Positions 31,223 through 39,438 of a stretch of 39,438 nucleotides of DNA are shown piece by piece. The notes under the pieces were generated by a model. The model was not told where the DNA came from. It was given only the letters and a program-made list of their open reading frames with translations, and searched no databases. Made by a program: the position numbers and the translations under genes. How positions within the stretch are numbered: position 1 is the first letter of the stretch; each line of letters begins with the position of its first letter. Source of the DNA: Arthrobacter sp. (GTDB lineage Bacteria > Actinomycetota > Actinomycetes > Actinomycetales > Micrococcaceae); NCBI GenBank assembly GCA_025464875.1, contig JAODMV010000011.1:1-39438 (forward strand), given 5' to 3'.

Positions 31223-32383
31223 GTGATCCTCCCCTTGGGCCCCGAGAAGCTTGCGGCCAGGTTCGAGAGCGTGTTCGGCGCCGCCCCCGACGGCGTCTGG
31301 CAGGCACCCGGCCGGGTCAACCTGATCGGCGAGCACACGGACTACAACGAGGGCTTCGTCTTGCCGTTCGCCATCGACAGGACGGCCCGGGTTGCCGTGC
31401 GTGTCCGGCCGGATGCGGCCCTCAGGATGCTGTCCACCTTCGGGAACCAGGGACTGACGAGGGCGGACGCCGACGCGCTGGACCCCTCGACGGCCAGGGG
31501 CTGGACCAAATACCCGCTCGGCGTCGTCTGGGCGCTGCAGCAGCGCGGCCTTGCCGTCCCCGGCCTGGACCTGCTCCTGGATTCCGATGTGCCGCGCGGC
31601 GCCGGGCTGTCCTCTTCCCACGCGATCGAATGCGCCGTGATCTCGGCGCTGAACGAGCTGATGTCCGCGGGGCTCGGCGCCGAAGACATGGTCCTGGCCA
31701 CCCAGCGCGCCGAGAATGACTTCGTCGGCGCCCCCACCGGCATCATGGATCAGTCCGCGTCGTTGCGCGGCACGGCCGGGAGTGCGGTGTTCCTCGACTG
31801 CAGGGACCAGGGCGTCCGTCTGGTGCCGTTCGACGCCGCAGGCGCGGGGCTGGTGCTGCTGGTGATCGACACCAAGGTCTCGCACTCCCATGCGGACAGC
31901 GGTTATGCCTCGCGGCGGGCATCCTGTGAGCTCGGCGCCGAGCTGCTCGGAGTGCGGGCCCTGCGCGACATTGCCCCCGCGGACCTCCCGGAGGCCGCGG
32001 GGTTCCTGGACCCCGTGACGTTCCGCCGGGTCCGGCACGTCGTCACGGAGAACGAGCGGGTGCTGCAGACGGTGGAACTCCTCGACGCCGCCGGCCCGCG
32101 CGCGATCGGCCCGCTGCTCAACGCCTCCCATGCGTCGATGCGCGACGATTTCGAGATCTCCTGCGCCGAACTGGATCTCGCGGTGGACGCCGCCCGCTCC
32201 GGCGGAGCCATCGGCGCCCGCATGACCGGCGGCGGCTTCGGCGGCTCGGCGATCGCCCTGGCCCCGATGGAATCCGAGCGACAGGTCCGCGCCGCCGTCG
32301 AAAACGCCTTCTTCCGGGCCGGGCACGCGGCGCCGGACATCTTCAGCATGCGGCCCGCGGCCGGAGCCATGCGGCTGGCATAG
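31223..32383 (+). CDS. galK: Galactokinase
   Basis: APGRVNLIGEHTDYN, P.GAGLSSS, GIMDQ and GARMTGGGFGG motifs. Confidence 0.95.
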   Translation: MILPLGPEKLAARFESVFGAAPDGVWQAPGRVNLIGEHTDYNEGFVLPFAIDRTARVAVRVRPDAALRMLSTFGNQGLTRADADALDPSTARGWTKYPLGVVWALQQRGLAVPGLDLLLDSDVPRGAGLSSSHAIECAVISALNELMSAGLGAEDMVLATQRAENDFVGAPTGIMDQSASLRGTAGSAVFLDCRDQGVRLVPFDAAGAGLVLLVIDTKVSHSHADSGYASRRASCELGAELLGVRALRDIAPADLPEAAGFLDPVTFRRVRHVVTENERVLQTVELLDAAGPRAIGPLLNASHASMRDDFEISCAELDLAVDAARSGGAIGARMTGGGFGGSAIALAPMESERQVRAAVENAFFRAGHAAPDIFSMRPAAGAMRLA

Positions 32384-32403
32384 GTGCGGCGTAGGCTGGG
32401 CGC

Positions 32404-33642
32404 ATGCCAGAAGCCGTCATAGTTTCCAGTGCCAGGAGCCCCATCGGACGCGCCTTCAAGGGCTCGCTGAAAGACGAGCGGCCCGACGACCTCGCCGCCG
32501 CCATCGTCACGGCTGCGCTCGCCAAAATTCCGGCCTTCGATGCCGGCGCCACCGCCGGACAGGGCCTGGATGACCTGTACCTGGGCTGTGCCGAGCCGAG
32601 CGGGGAGGCCGGCTCCAACATGGCCCGGGTGGTCACCATCCTGGCCGGGCTGGACAACGTCCCCGCCGCCACCATCAACCGCTTCTGCGCCTCCAGCCTG
32701 CAGACCCTCCGGATGGCCTTCCACGCCATCAAGGCGGGCGAGGGACAGTCCTTCGTCGCCGCCGGCGTCGAAGCCGTCTCCCGTTACCGGGACTGGGCCG
32801 GCGCCGGGCAGACCGACGCCGGCACCCACAATCCGCTCTTCGACGCCGCCGGGAACCGCACGGCAGCCGGAACAAGGTCCAACGCGCCCTGGACCGACCC
32901 CCGGCTGGACGGAACGATGCCGGACATCTACATCTCCATGGGCCAGACGGCGGAGAACGTGGCGACAAGCCATGGCATCGGCCGGGCGGAGCAGGACGCC
33001 TGGGCCCTGCTGAGCCAGAACCGCGCCGAAGCGGCCATCGCCTCGGGGTTCTACGCCCGCGAGATCACCCCGTACACCCGCAAGGACGGCACGGTGATCG
33101 ACCGCGACGATTCCCCGCGGGCCGGGGTGACGCTCGAGTCGATCAGCGCCCTGCCGCCCGTGTTCCGCAGCGAGGGGACCGTGACGGCCGGGAACGCCTG
33201 CCCGCTGAACGACGGCGCGGCCGCCGTCGTGGTCATGAGTGCGGAACGGGCCCGCGAACTGGGGCTGGCGCCGCTCGCGAGGATCGTTTCCACCGGGGTC
33301 AGCGCCCTGTCGCCGGAACTGATGGGCCTCGGCCCGGTCGAAGCGAGCCGCCGGGCGCTGCAGGCGGCCGGACTGGTCATCGGCGACATCGACCTCGTGG
33401 AACTCAATGAGGCATTCGCGGTCCAGGTGGTTGCGAGTGCGCGGGAGCTCGGCATCGACTTCGACAAGCTCAACGTCCACGGCGGGGCCATCGCGCTGGG
33501 GCATCCCTTCGGCATGACCGGGGCCCGCATGACCACGACCCTGCTCAACGGGCTCCGGGAGCGGGATGCGGGCCTCGGCCTCGCCACGCTGTGCGTCGGC
33601 GGCGGGCAAGGCATGGCCGTCGTCCTGGAACGGCTCGGCTGA
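32404..33642 (+). CDS. Acetyl-CoA C-acyltransferase (thiolase)
   Basis: NRFCASS, VTAGNACPLNDGAAA, NEAFA, GGAIALGHP and LCVGGGQG motifs; TAGGCT 6 nt before the ATG. Confidence 0.95.
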   Translation: MPEAVIVSSARSPIGRAFKGSLKDERPDDLAAAIVTAALAKIPAFDAGATAGQGLDDLYLGCAEPSGEAGSNMARVVTILAGLDNVPAATINRFCASSLQTLRMAFHAIKAGEGQSFVAAGVEAVSRYRDWAGAGQTDAGTHNPLFDAAGNRTAAGTRSNAPWTDPRLDGTMPDIYISMGQTAENVATSHGIGRAEQDAWALLSQNRAEAAIASGFYAREITPYTRKDGTVIDRDDSPRAGVTLESISALPPVFRSEGTVTAGNACPLNDGAAAVVVMSAERARELGLAPLARIVSTGVSALSPELMGLGPVEASRRALQAAGLVIGDIDLVELNEAFAVQVVASARELGIDFDKLNVHGGAIALGHPFGMTGARMTTTLLNGLRERDAGLGLATLCVGGGQGMAVVLERLG

Positions 33643-33671
33643 TCCCGGACGGCGAAAGACCGGAGAGAGAA

Positions 33672-33712
33672 CAGGCAAGCGGGCCCCGCCAATGGCGGGA
33701 CCCGCTTGCCTG
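33672..33712. terminator. Hairpin between convergent thiolase and BI-1 genes
   Basis: CAGGCAAGCGGGCCCCGCCA / TGGCGGGACCCGCTTGCCTG with one mismatch. Confidence 0.75.
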
Positions 33713-33729
33713 GCAGTGTCTTCTTGGAG

Positions 33730-34683
33730 CTACTCGTTGTCGCCGCGGAGAATCGCCAGCAGGCGGATGATCTCCACGTAGAGCCACACCAGGGTGACCG
33801 TGAGGCCGAAGGCCGCGGTCCAGGAGAAGCGCTGCGGGGCGCCGCTGCGGACACCTGCCTCGATGCTGGTGAAGTCCATGATCAGGGAGAACGCTGCCAG
33901 ACCGATCGCCAGCAGGCCGATGAACACGCCCAGCGGGATGCCGAAGATCTCCACGCTGGTGCGCAGGCCGAACGGGGAATCCACGGCGCCGGTCCACATC
34001 ATCACCATGTTGACGAGCGCGAAGACGGCGTAGCCGATCACGGCGATCATGAAGAAGCGCATGGCCTTCGGGGTCGCCCGGACCTTGCCGCTCTTGAAGA
34101 GGACAAGGGTGACGGCGAAGACGGACAGGGTGCCGATGACGGCCTGCAGTCCCACACCGGGGAACATGCCGTCCAGGATCCGCGTCAGCCCGCCGAGGAA
34201 GAGACCTTCGAGAGCGGCGTAGGCCAGGATCAGCGCCGGCGAGGGCTGCTTCTTGAAGGTGTTGACGAGGGCGAGGACAAAGCCGCCCAGCGCGCCGACG
34301 ATCATCAGCAGGGAGGCCAGGCCCTGCGGCACCACGAGGGTGACGGCGGCACCGGCAATAACTGCGCCGAGGCAGAGGGCGGTCTTGATGATGACGTCGT
34401 CAAACGTCATGCGTCCGGTGTCAGCGGGACCGGCCGCCGGCCGGTTGTACATCTGCTGCAGCTGCTCCTGGGACATGCCCTGCTGCGCGTCCGTCCAACC
34501 GCCCTGGCCGTAGGCGTTCTGGCCGTACGGGGCCTGGCCATAGGGGGCCTGGCCGTAAGGGTTCTGGCCGTAAGGGTTCTGCCCGTAGGCACCTTGTCCG
34601 TACGGGGCCTGCGGGGCAGGCGGTGCCTGGGTTGCTCCACGGAAGTTTTTTCCGTTGAAGACTGGGTTTCCGCCAAGTGCCAT
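33730..34683 (-). CDS. Bax inhibitor-1/YccA family membrane protein
   Basis: NPVF, MTFDDVIIKT, YAALEGLFLG and AFGLTVTLVWLYVEIIRLL motifs; ATG 34683 follows GGAGG. Confidence 0.9.
   Translation of the reverse strand: MALGGNPVFNGKNFRGATQAPPAPQAPYGQGAYGQNPYGQNPYGQAPYGQAPYGQNAYGQGGWTDAQQGMSQEQLQQMYNRPAAGPADTGRMTFDDVIIKTALCLGAVIAGAAVTLVVPQGLASLLMIVGALGGFVLALVNTFKKQPSPALILAYAALEGLFLGGLTRILDGMFPGVGLQAVIGTLSVFAVTLVLFKSGKVRATPKAMRFFMIAVIGYAVFALVNMVMMWTGAVDSPFGLRTSVEIFGIPLGVFIGLLAIGLAAFSLIMDFTSIEAGVRSGAPQRFSWTAAFGLTVTLVWLYVEIIRLLAILRGDNE
34501..34605 (-). repeat. Coding 15-bp repeat x7 encoding (P/A)YGQ(G/N/A)
   Basis: PYGQG-AYGQN-PYGQN-PYGQA-PYGQA-PYGQN-AYGQG in the N-terminus of the BI-1/YccA protein. 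Confidence 0.9.
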
Positions 34684-35011
34684 TGCGGGTGTCCTCCAAA
34701 TTAGGGGGGTAGGTGATGGATGGTGGTCAGCGCTCGCTCTACAGTCCACGCTACCAATTCCCACGCACCGGGGGGAGGGATAGTTCCCGGAAGCAACCGG
34801 CCGCAACCCAACCGTGATCTGCAGGCGCCATTTCCGCCGCTCCGCCAGCCCCCGGCGGCCGAAACCTTCAGGAATACAGGGGATCAACAAAAGTTTCTTT
34901 TAGCGGCGCTAAGATGCGGCCGTGCGCCGGCCACGGTCGTTACCCGATCGCGACGTTCTCCCTGCTCGCAGCGGCTTTCTTTGCCCCACGCGGGCTGTAG
35001 CATGAGCCACA

Positions 35012-35027
35012 GGTGACGGATATCACA
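35012..35027. promoter_or_regulatory. CRP/GlxR-like site upstream of the ABC operon
   Basis: GGTGA-CGGATA-TCACA (9/10), 8 nt after -10 candidate TAGCAT (34998-35003). Confidence 0.55.
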
Positions 35028-35106
35028 ATCCACCCCCTCGTCCCCTGACCGTTCGCAGCGGTTGCAAAGGAGCAGCCCTCATCACCCCCATGTGGAGGTT
35101 TTCAAT

Positions 35107-36450
35107 TTGAGAAGCACACCGAGAGGCCCGTCGCACCGACGACGAGGCCGACTGCTGAAAGCCGTGGGGACGGTATTCGCCGCCGCGGCCGCGCTACTGC
35201 TCATCGTTGCCCCGGCCTCGCAGGCCACGACGCCCTCGCCGACACCATCCCCGCCGTCGAACCAGCAGTTCCAGAACACCATCAGCGGCTTCCTGCGCGG
35301 CGACGACCGCGCCCCGATCCCGGGCGTGACCATCACCGTCAGAAACGGTGGCTTCGAAGCATCGACGAAGTCGGCAGCCAACGGTTCATGGAGCGTCGGC
35401 GTCCCCACCCAGGGAACGTACGAGGTCGAGCTGGATGAATCCACGCTTCCGGAGGGCATCAGGCTCGCCGAGGGCCAGGAAAACCCCCGCCAGGTCACCT
35501 TCAGCCAAACCTCCAATCTCTCGGTGATCTTCACCTTCGGCCAGGGCATCGTAATCCAGCAACAGGACTTCGGCCAGAACCTGCTCAACCGTCTGGTGGC
35601 CGGCCTGAGCTTCGGGCTGTTGCTTGCCCTCGCATCCGTGGGTCTCTCGCTGATCTTCGGCACCACGGGCCTGACCAACTTCGCCCACGGCGAGATGGTC
35701 ACCCTCGGAGCGGTCCTTGTCTTTGCGTTCAACGCCATGAACCTCCCGTTCTGGCTGGCCATCCTCCTAGCCGTGCTCGGCGGCGGCTTGTTCGGTTACG
35801 TCCAGGACGCCGGACTGTGGAAGCCGTTGCGGCGCCGCGGCACCGGCCTGGTCCCGATGATGATCGTCAGCATCGGCCTGGCGCTGGCGGTCCGCTACGT
35901 GATCCAGTTCTTCTTCGGCGGCGCCACACAGCAGCTGCCGTTCGCCCAGAGCTCTGAAATCCAGATCGGCCCGGTCTCCATCTCCCCCAACAACCTCTGG
36001 TCACTGGTCATCAGCGTGGTCGTCATCGCGCTGCTCGGCATCGTGCTGCTGAAGACCCGGCTGGGCAAGGCCACCCGCGCGGTGGCCGACAACCCGGCCC
36101 TGGCTGCGGCGTCGGGCATCGACGTGGACTCCGTCATCCGGATCGTCTGGGTCGTGGGCGGCATGCTGGCCGCCCTCGGCGGCATCCTGTGGGCGTACTA
36201 CCGGCCCGGCGTCACCTTCGACATGGGCTCGCAGATCCTGCTGCTCATCTTCGCCGGCGTGACCCTGGGCGGCCTGGGCACCGTCTGGGGCGCCCTGGTC
36301 GGATCCGTCATTGTCGGCATTTTCGTGGAGCTGACCACCGTGTTCGGCCTCGCCGCCGACCTAAAATATGTGGGAGCGCTGTTCATCATGATTGTTGTCC
36401 TTTTGTTCCGGCCCCAAGGCATTCTGGGCCGTCGCGAGCGCGTGGGTTAG
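35107..36450 (+). CDS. Branched-chain amino acid ABC permease (LivH-like) with N-terminal extracytoplasmic beta-domain
   Basis: GLSLIFG..NFAHGE, KTRLGKATRAVADN and LGGLG motifs; TTG 35107 follows GGAGG. Confidence 0.9.
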   Translation: MRSTPRGPSHRRRGRLLKAVGTVFAAAAALLLIVAPASQATTPSPTPSPPSNQQFQNTISGFLRGDDRAPIPGVTITVRNGGFEASTKSAANGSWSVGVPTQGTYEVELDESTLPEGIRLAEGQENPRQVTFSQTSNLSVIFTFGQGIVIQQQDFGQNLLNRLVAGLSFGLLLALASVGLSLIFGTTGLTNFAHGEMVTLGAVLVFAFNAMNLPFWLAILLAVLGGGLFGYVQDAGLWKPLRRRGTGLVPMMIVSIGLALAVRYVIQFFFGGATQQLPFAQSSEIQIGPVSISPNNLWSLVISVVVIALLGIVLLKTRLGKATRAVADNPALAAASGIDVDSVIRIVWVVGGMLAALGGILWAYYRPGVTFDMGSQILLLIFAGVTLGGLGTVWGALVGSVIVGIFVELTTVFGLAADLKYVGALFIMIVVLLFRPQGILGRRERVG

Positions 36451-36459
36451 GAGGCGGCC

Positions 36460-37428
36460 ATGGACTTCGGATTCATACTTTCCAGCGCTGCCGGGGAGCT
36501 GTTCAGCCCGACGACGGCGGCCTACGCCCTTGCCGCGCTCGGCCTTGCGGTTCACTTCGGCTACGCGGGCCTGCTCAACTTCGGCCAGGCCGGCTTCATG
36601 GCGGTGGGCGCCTACGGCTTCGCCATCTCCACCCTGACCTTCCAGGCCCCTTTCTTCGTCGCGCTGCTGGTCGCGATCGTCTGTGCCGCGATTTTCGCGT
36701 TGCTCCTGGGCATCCCAACCCTCCGGCTCCGGGCCGATTATCTGGCCATCGTCACGATCGCGGCCGCGGAGATTGTCCGGTACATCGTCACCACCAACCA
36801 GCTGACCTCGGTGACCGGTTCGGCCAACGGCCTGGCCGCCTTCGAGGGCGGGTTCTACGCGATGAACCCGTTCCCTGAGGGCTCCTACCTGGGCATGAAC
36901 AACAGGGATTTCTTCATCCGGGTCGTCGGCTGGGGGCTCGTCGCGATCTGCTGCGTCCTGGTGTGGCTGCTGATGCGGAGCCCCTGGGGCCGCGTCCTCA
37001 AGGGCATCCGGGAGGACGAAAACGCCGTCCGCTCGCTCGGCAAGAACGTGTACGCCTACAAGATGCAGGCCCTGATCATCGGTGGCGTCCTCGGCGCCCT
37101 GGCGGGCATCATCTTCACCCTCCCCCGCGGCGCGGTCCAGCCGGCGAACTACGGCACCGAACTGACGTTCTTCCTCTACACCTGCCTGCTGCTCGGCGGC
37201 TTGGGGACGGTGCTGGGACCGGTCGTGGGGGCGATGATCTTCTGGGTCGTGCTGTCCCTCACGCAGGGCATCCTGTACGGCCTGATCGAATCCGGCGCCG
37301 TGACCTGGCTGAACACCGTCCAGGCCGGGCAACTTCGCTACATCCTGGTGGGCGTCGCACTGATGCTGCTGATGATCTTCAGGCCCCAGGGTGTCTTCGG
37401 CAACAAGAAGGAGTTGGCGTTCGCATGA
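36460..37428 (+). CDS. Branched-chain amino acid ABC permease (LivM-like)
   Basis: GYAGLLNFGQAGF, LRLRADYLAIVTI, SPWGRVLKGIREDE and FRPQG motifs. Confidence 0.92.
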   Translation: MDFGFILSSAAGELFSPTTAAYALAALGLAVHFGYAGLLNFGQAGFMAVGAYGFAISTLTFQAPFFVALLVAIVCAAIFALLLGIPTLRLRADYLAIVTIAAAEIVRYIVTTNQLTSVTGSANGLAAFEGGFYAMNPFPEGSYLGMNNRDFFIRVVGWGLVAICCVLVWLLMRSPWGRVLKGIREDENAVRSLGKNVYAYKMQALIIGGVLGALAGIIFTLPRGAVQPANYGTELTFFLYTCLLLGGLGTVLGPVVGAMIFWVVLSLTQGILYGLIESGAVTWLNTVQAGQLRYILVGVALMLLMIFRPQGVFGNKKELAFA

Positions 37429-38519
37429 GCGAAAACACCACAGACAAAAACCGGAACCAAAACCAAGACCTCAACATCGACTACATGACCGATACCCGCC
37501 CGATCGCCGCCAGCGAGACCGCTCCGGGCTGCAAGAAACGCGACCCCATCGTGGTGGCCGAGAACGTCACCCGCAGCTTCGGCGGCATCAACGCCGTCGA
37601 CGTCGAATACCTTGAAATCCCGCGGCACAAGATCACGGCGCTGATCGGCCCGAACGGTGCCGGCAAGACCACCCTGTTCAACCTGCTCACCGGCTTCGAT
37701 ACTCCGAACTCGGGAAAGTGGCAGTTCGAGGGCAACAGCCTTGCCGGCGTCTCCCCGTACAAGGTGGCCCGCATGGGCATGGTGCGCACCTTCCAGCTCA
37801 CCAAGGTCATGGGCAAGCTCACCGTCATGGAAAACATGCGCCTGGGCGGATCGAACCAGCCCGGCGAACGGCTTTCGAAGGCCTTGTTCAAGGGCATCTG
37901 GGGCGGCCGGGAAAACGAGATCACCGCCCAGGCCGATGTCCTGCTGGAGAAATTCAAGCTGGACGCCAAGAAGGACGACTATGCCGCGTCGCTGTCCGGG
38001 GGCCAGCGCAAGCTGCTCGAAATGGCCCGTTCCCTCATGGTCCGGCCCAAGCTGGTCATGCTCGATGAGCCGATGGCAGGGGTCAACCCGGCCCTGACGC
38101 AGTCTCTGCTGGACCACATCAAGAACCTCAAGGCCGAGGGAATGACCGTGCTGTTCGTCGAGCACGACATGAACATGGTCCGCCACATCGCCGACTGGGT
38201 GGTGGTGATGGCCGAGGGCAAGATCGTGGCCGAGGGCCCGCCCGCCGAGGTCATGAAGAACCCGGCCGTGATCGACGCCTACCTGGGCGCCCACCACGAC
38301 GTGGACCTCGGCGACACGGAGGGCATCAAGGAGCTCGCCGCGGAATTGGAGGCCGATGAGGAATCGATTGTCGGCACCGAGAATGCCGGCATCATCGCCG
38401 TCGACGCCCTCGCGCCTGAACTGAACGGGCAGGACCCCGGCGTGACCAACCTGGGCAAGCCCGGCCGCGACGCCAGGGAAAACAACGAGCCCAGCCGCCA
38501 AGACAAGGACACAGAATGA
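37425..38519 (+). CDS. Branched-chain amino acid ABC ATP-binding protein (LivG-like)
   Basis: GPNGAGKTT, RTFQ, LSGGQRK, LDEPMAG and VEHDM motifs; ATGA overlap with the upstream permease. Confidence 0.93.
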   Translation: MSENTTDKNRNQNQDLNIDYMTDTRPIAASETAPGCKKRDPIVVAENVTRSFGGINAVDVEYLEIPRHKITALIGPNGAGKTTLFNLLTGFDTPNSGKWQFEGNSLAGVSPYKVARMGMVRTFQLTKVMGKLTVMENMRLGGSNQPGERLSKALFKGIWGGRENEITAQADVLLEKFKLDAKKDDYAASLSGGQRKLLEMARSLMVRPKLVMLDEPMAGVNPALTQSLLDHIKNLKAEGMTVLFVEHDMNMVRHIADWVVVMAEGKIVAEGPPAEVMKNPAVIDAYLGAHHDVDLGDTEGIKELAAELEADEESIVGTENAGIIAVDALAPELNGQDPGVTNLGKPGRDARENNEPSRQDKDTE

Positions 38520-39289
38520 GCGCCACCAGCGCGGCACCCGCCGCAAAGCCCGCGCACGACGAGGATTCGGTCGTCAAGGTCACGAACCTCGTGGCCGGAT
38601 ACCTGCCCGGAGTCAACATCCTCAACGGCTGCAACATCGAAGCCCGCAAGGGCGAGCTGATCGGCATCATCGGCCCCAACGGAGCCGGCAAATCGACCCT
38701 GTTGAAGGCGATGTTCGGCCTGGTCAAGGTCCACTCGGGCTCGGTTGTGGTCCGCGGCCAGGACATCACCGGGCTCAAGGCCAACAAGCTCGTCACCAAG
38801 GGGGTCGGCTTTGTCCCGCAGAACAACAATGTGTTCGCCGCCCTGACCATCGAGGAAAATCTTCAGATGGGCATGTTCCAGCGGCCCAAGGACTACTCCG
38901 AGCGGTTCGACTTCGTGACCGAGCTGTTCCCCGAGCTCGCCAAGCGGCGCGCCCAGCGCGCGGGCTCGCTTTCCGGCGGCGAGCGCCAGATGGTCGCCAT
39001 GGGCCGCGCCCTGATGATGGACCCGGCCGTGCTCTTGCTCGACGAGCCCTCCGCAGGCCTCTCCCCCGTCAAACAGGACGAGACCTTCCTGCGGGTGCAC
39101 GAGATCAACCGGGCCGGCGTGTCCGTGATCATGGTGGAGCAAAACGCGCGCCGCTGCCTGCAGATCTGTGACCGCGGCTACGTGCTGGACCAGGGCAAGG
39201 ATGCCTACACGGGCACCGGCCGGGAGCTCATGAAGGACCCCAAGGTCATCCAGCTGTACCTGGGGACCCTGGCCGACACCGTCGAATAG
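38516..39289 (+). CDS. Branched-chain amino acid ABC ATP-binding protein (LivF-like)
   Basis: GPNGAGKST, LSGGERQM, LDEPSAGL, VEQNA and YLG motifs. Confidence 0.93.
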   Translation: MSATSAAPAAKPAHDEDSVVKVTNLVAGYLPGVNILNGCNIEARKGELIGIIGPNGAGKSTLLKAMFGLVKVHSGSVVVRGQDITGLKANKLVTKGVGFVPQNNNVFAALTIEENLQMGMFQRPKDYSERFDFVTELFPELAKRRAQRAGSLSGGERQMVAMGRALMMDPAVLLLDEPSAGLSPVKQDETFLRVHEINRAGVSVIMVEQNARRCLQICDRGYVLDQGKDAYTGTGRELMKDPKVIQLYLGTLADTVE

Positions 39290-39307
39290 CTCACGTGCCG
39301 CTATCGT

Positions 39308-39408
39308 CGTCACGCGACGCAGAGTTACAGGGAGGCTTCGGCGCGGGCTGAGCCGAAATCCCGGCGTCGGGCAGCCCGAGGATGGCCGAAAGCCTGCTGT
39401 GCGTGACG
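39308..39408. repeat. Long imperfect hairpin downstream of the ABC operon
   Basis: Nested stems CGTCACGC/GCGTGACG, ACAG/CTGT, AGGC/GCCT, TTCGGC/GCCGAA, CGGGCTG/CAGCCCG and CCGA/TCGG. Confidence 0.5.
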
Positions 39409-39438
39409 CACCCGCCGCACAGCAGAAGACCTCAGTTC

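Noticed and set aside
34684-34890. N-terminal extension of the BI-1/YccA ORF (similar extensions on mca, tetR, phoH2 and LCP)
   Set aside because: Downstream starts have SD or -10 support and the extensions look non-coding.
36963-37424. N-terminal extension of the LivG-like ORF
   Set aside because: It overlaps the LivM-like gene in another frame; ATG 37425 with ATGA coupling is the plausible start.

Overview
High-GC actinobacterial chromosome segment. Gene content and order suggest Micrococcaceae (Arthrobacter/Pseudarthrobacter-like); this is inference. The window holds about 38 coding regions, mostly housekeeping: TIGR03089 family gene, gtrA-like, purK-purE, LCP, manA, FemABX-like, glpX, DUF4245, beta-carbonic anhydrase, fumC, a vWA protein, TetR-MFS, Nudix, A24 peptidase, PhoH2, cis-prenyltransferase, hemolysin III, YyaL-like, mca, greA, rhomboid, ilvA, AI-2E transporter, aldose epimerase, galK, thiolase, BI-1/YccA and a branched-chain amino acid ABC operon. 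No rRNA, tRNA, CRISPR array or recognisable transposase was seen. The best candidate for an undescribed system is at 7548-8661: an orphan AbiEi-like/DUF559 (Vsr-like) nuclease gene enclosed by two homologous 57-nt hairpins that differ by three compensatory base-pair swaps, with a perfect DnaA box in its promoter. This resembles a REP/RAYT-like palindrome-plus-nuclease module that lacks an HUH transposase. Other signals: an exact PafBC (RecA-independent DNA damage) promoter before the standalone vWA gene, three unrelated 14-bp-period intergenic tandem arrays, structured leaders on phoH2 and greA, three CRP/GlxR-like sites, two TetR-type operators, widespread leaderless promoters, a DUF1540 remnant and a possible galT deletion scar. 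All family assignments come from motif recognition by eye, not from database searches.
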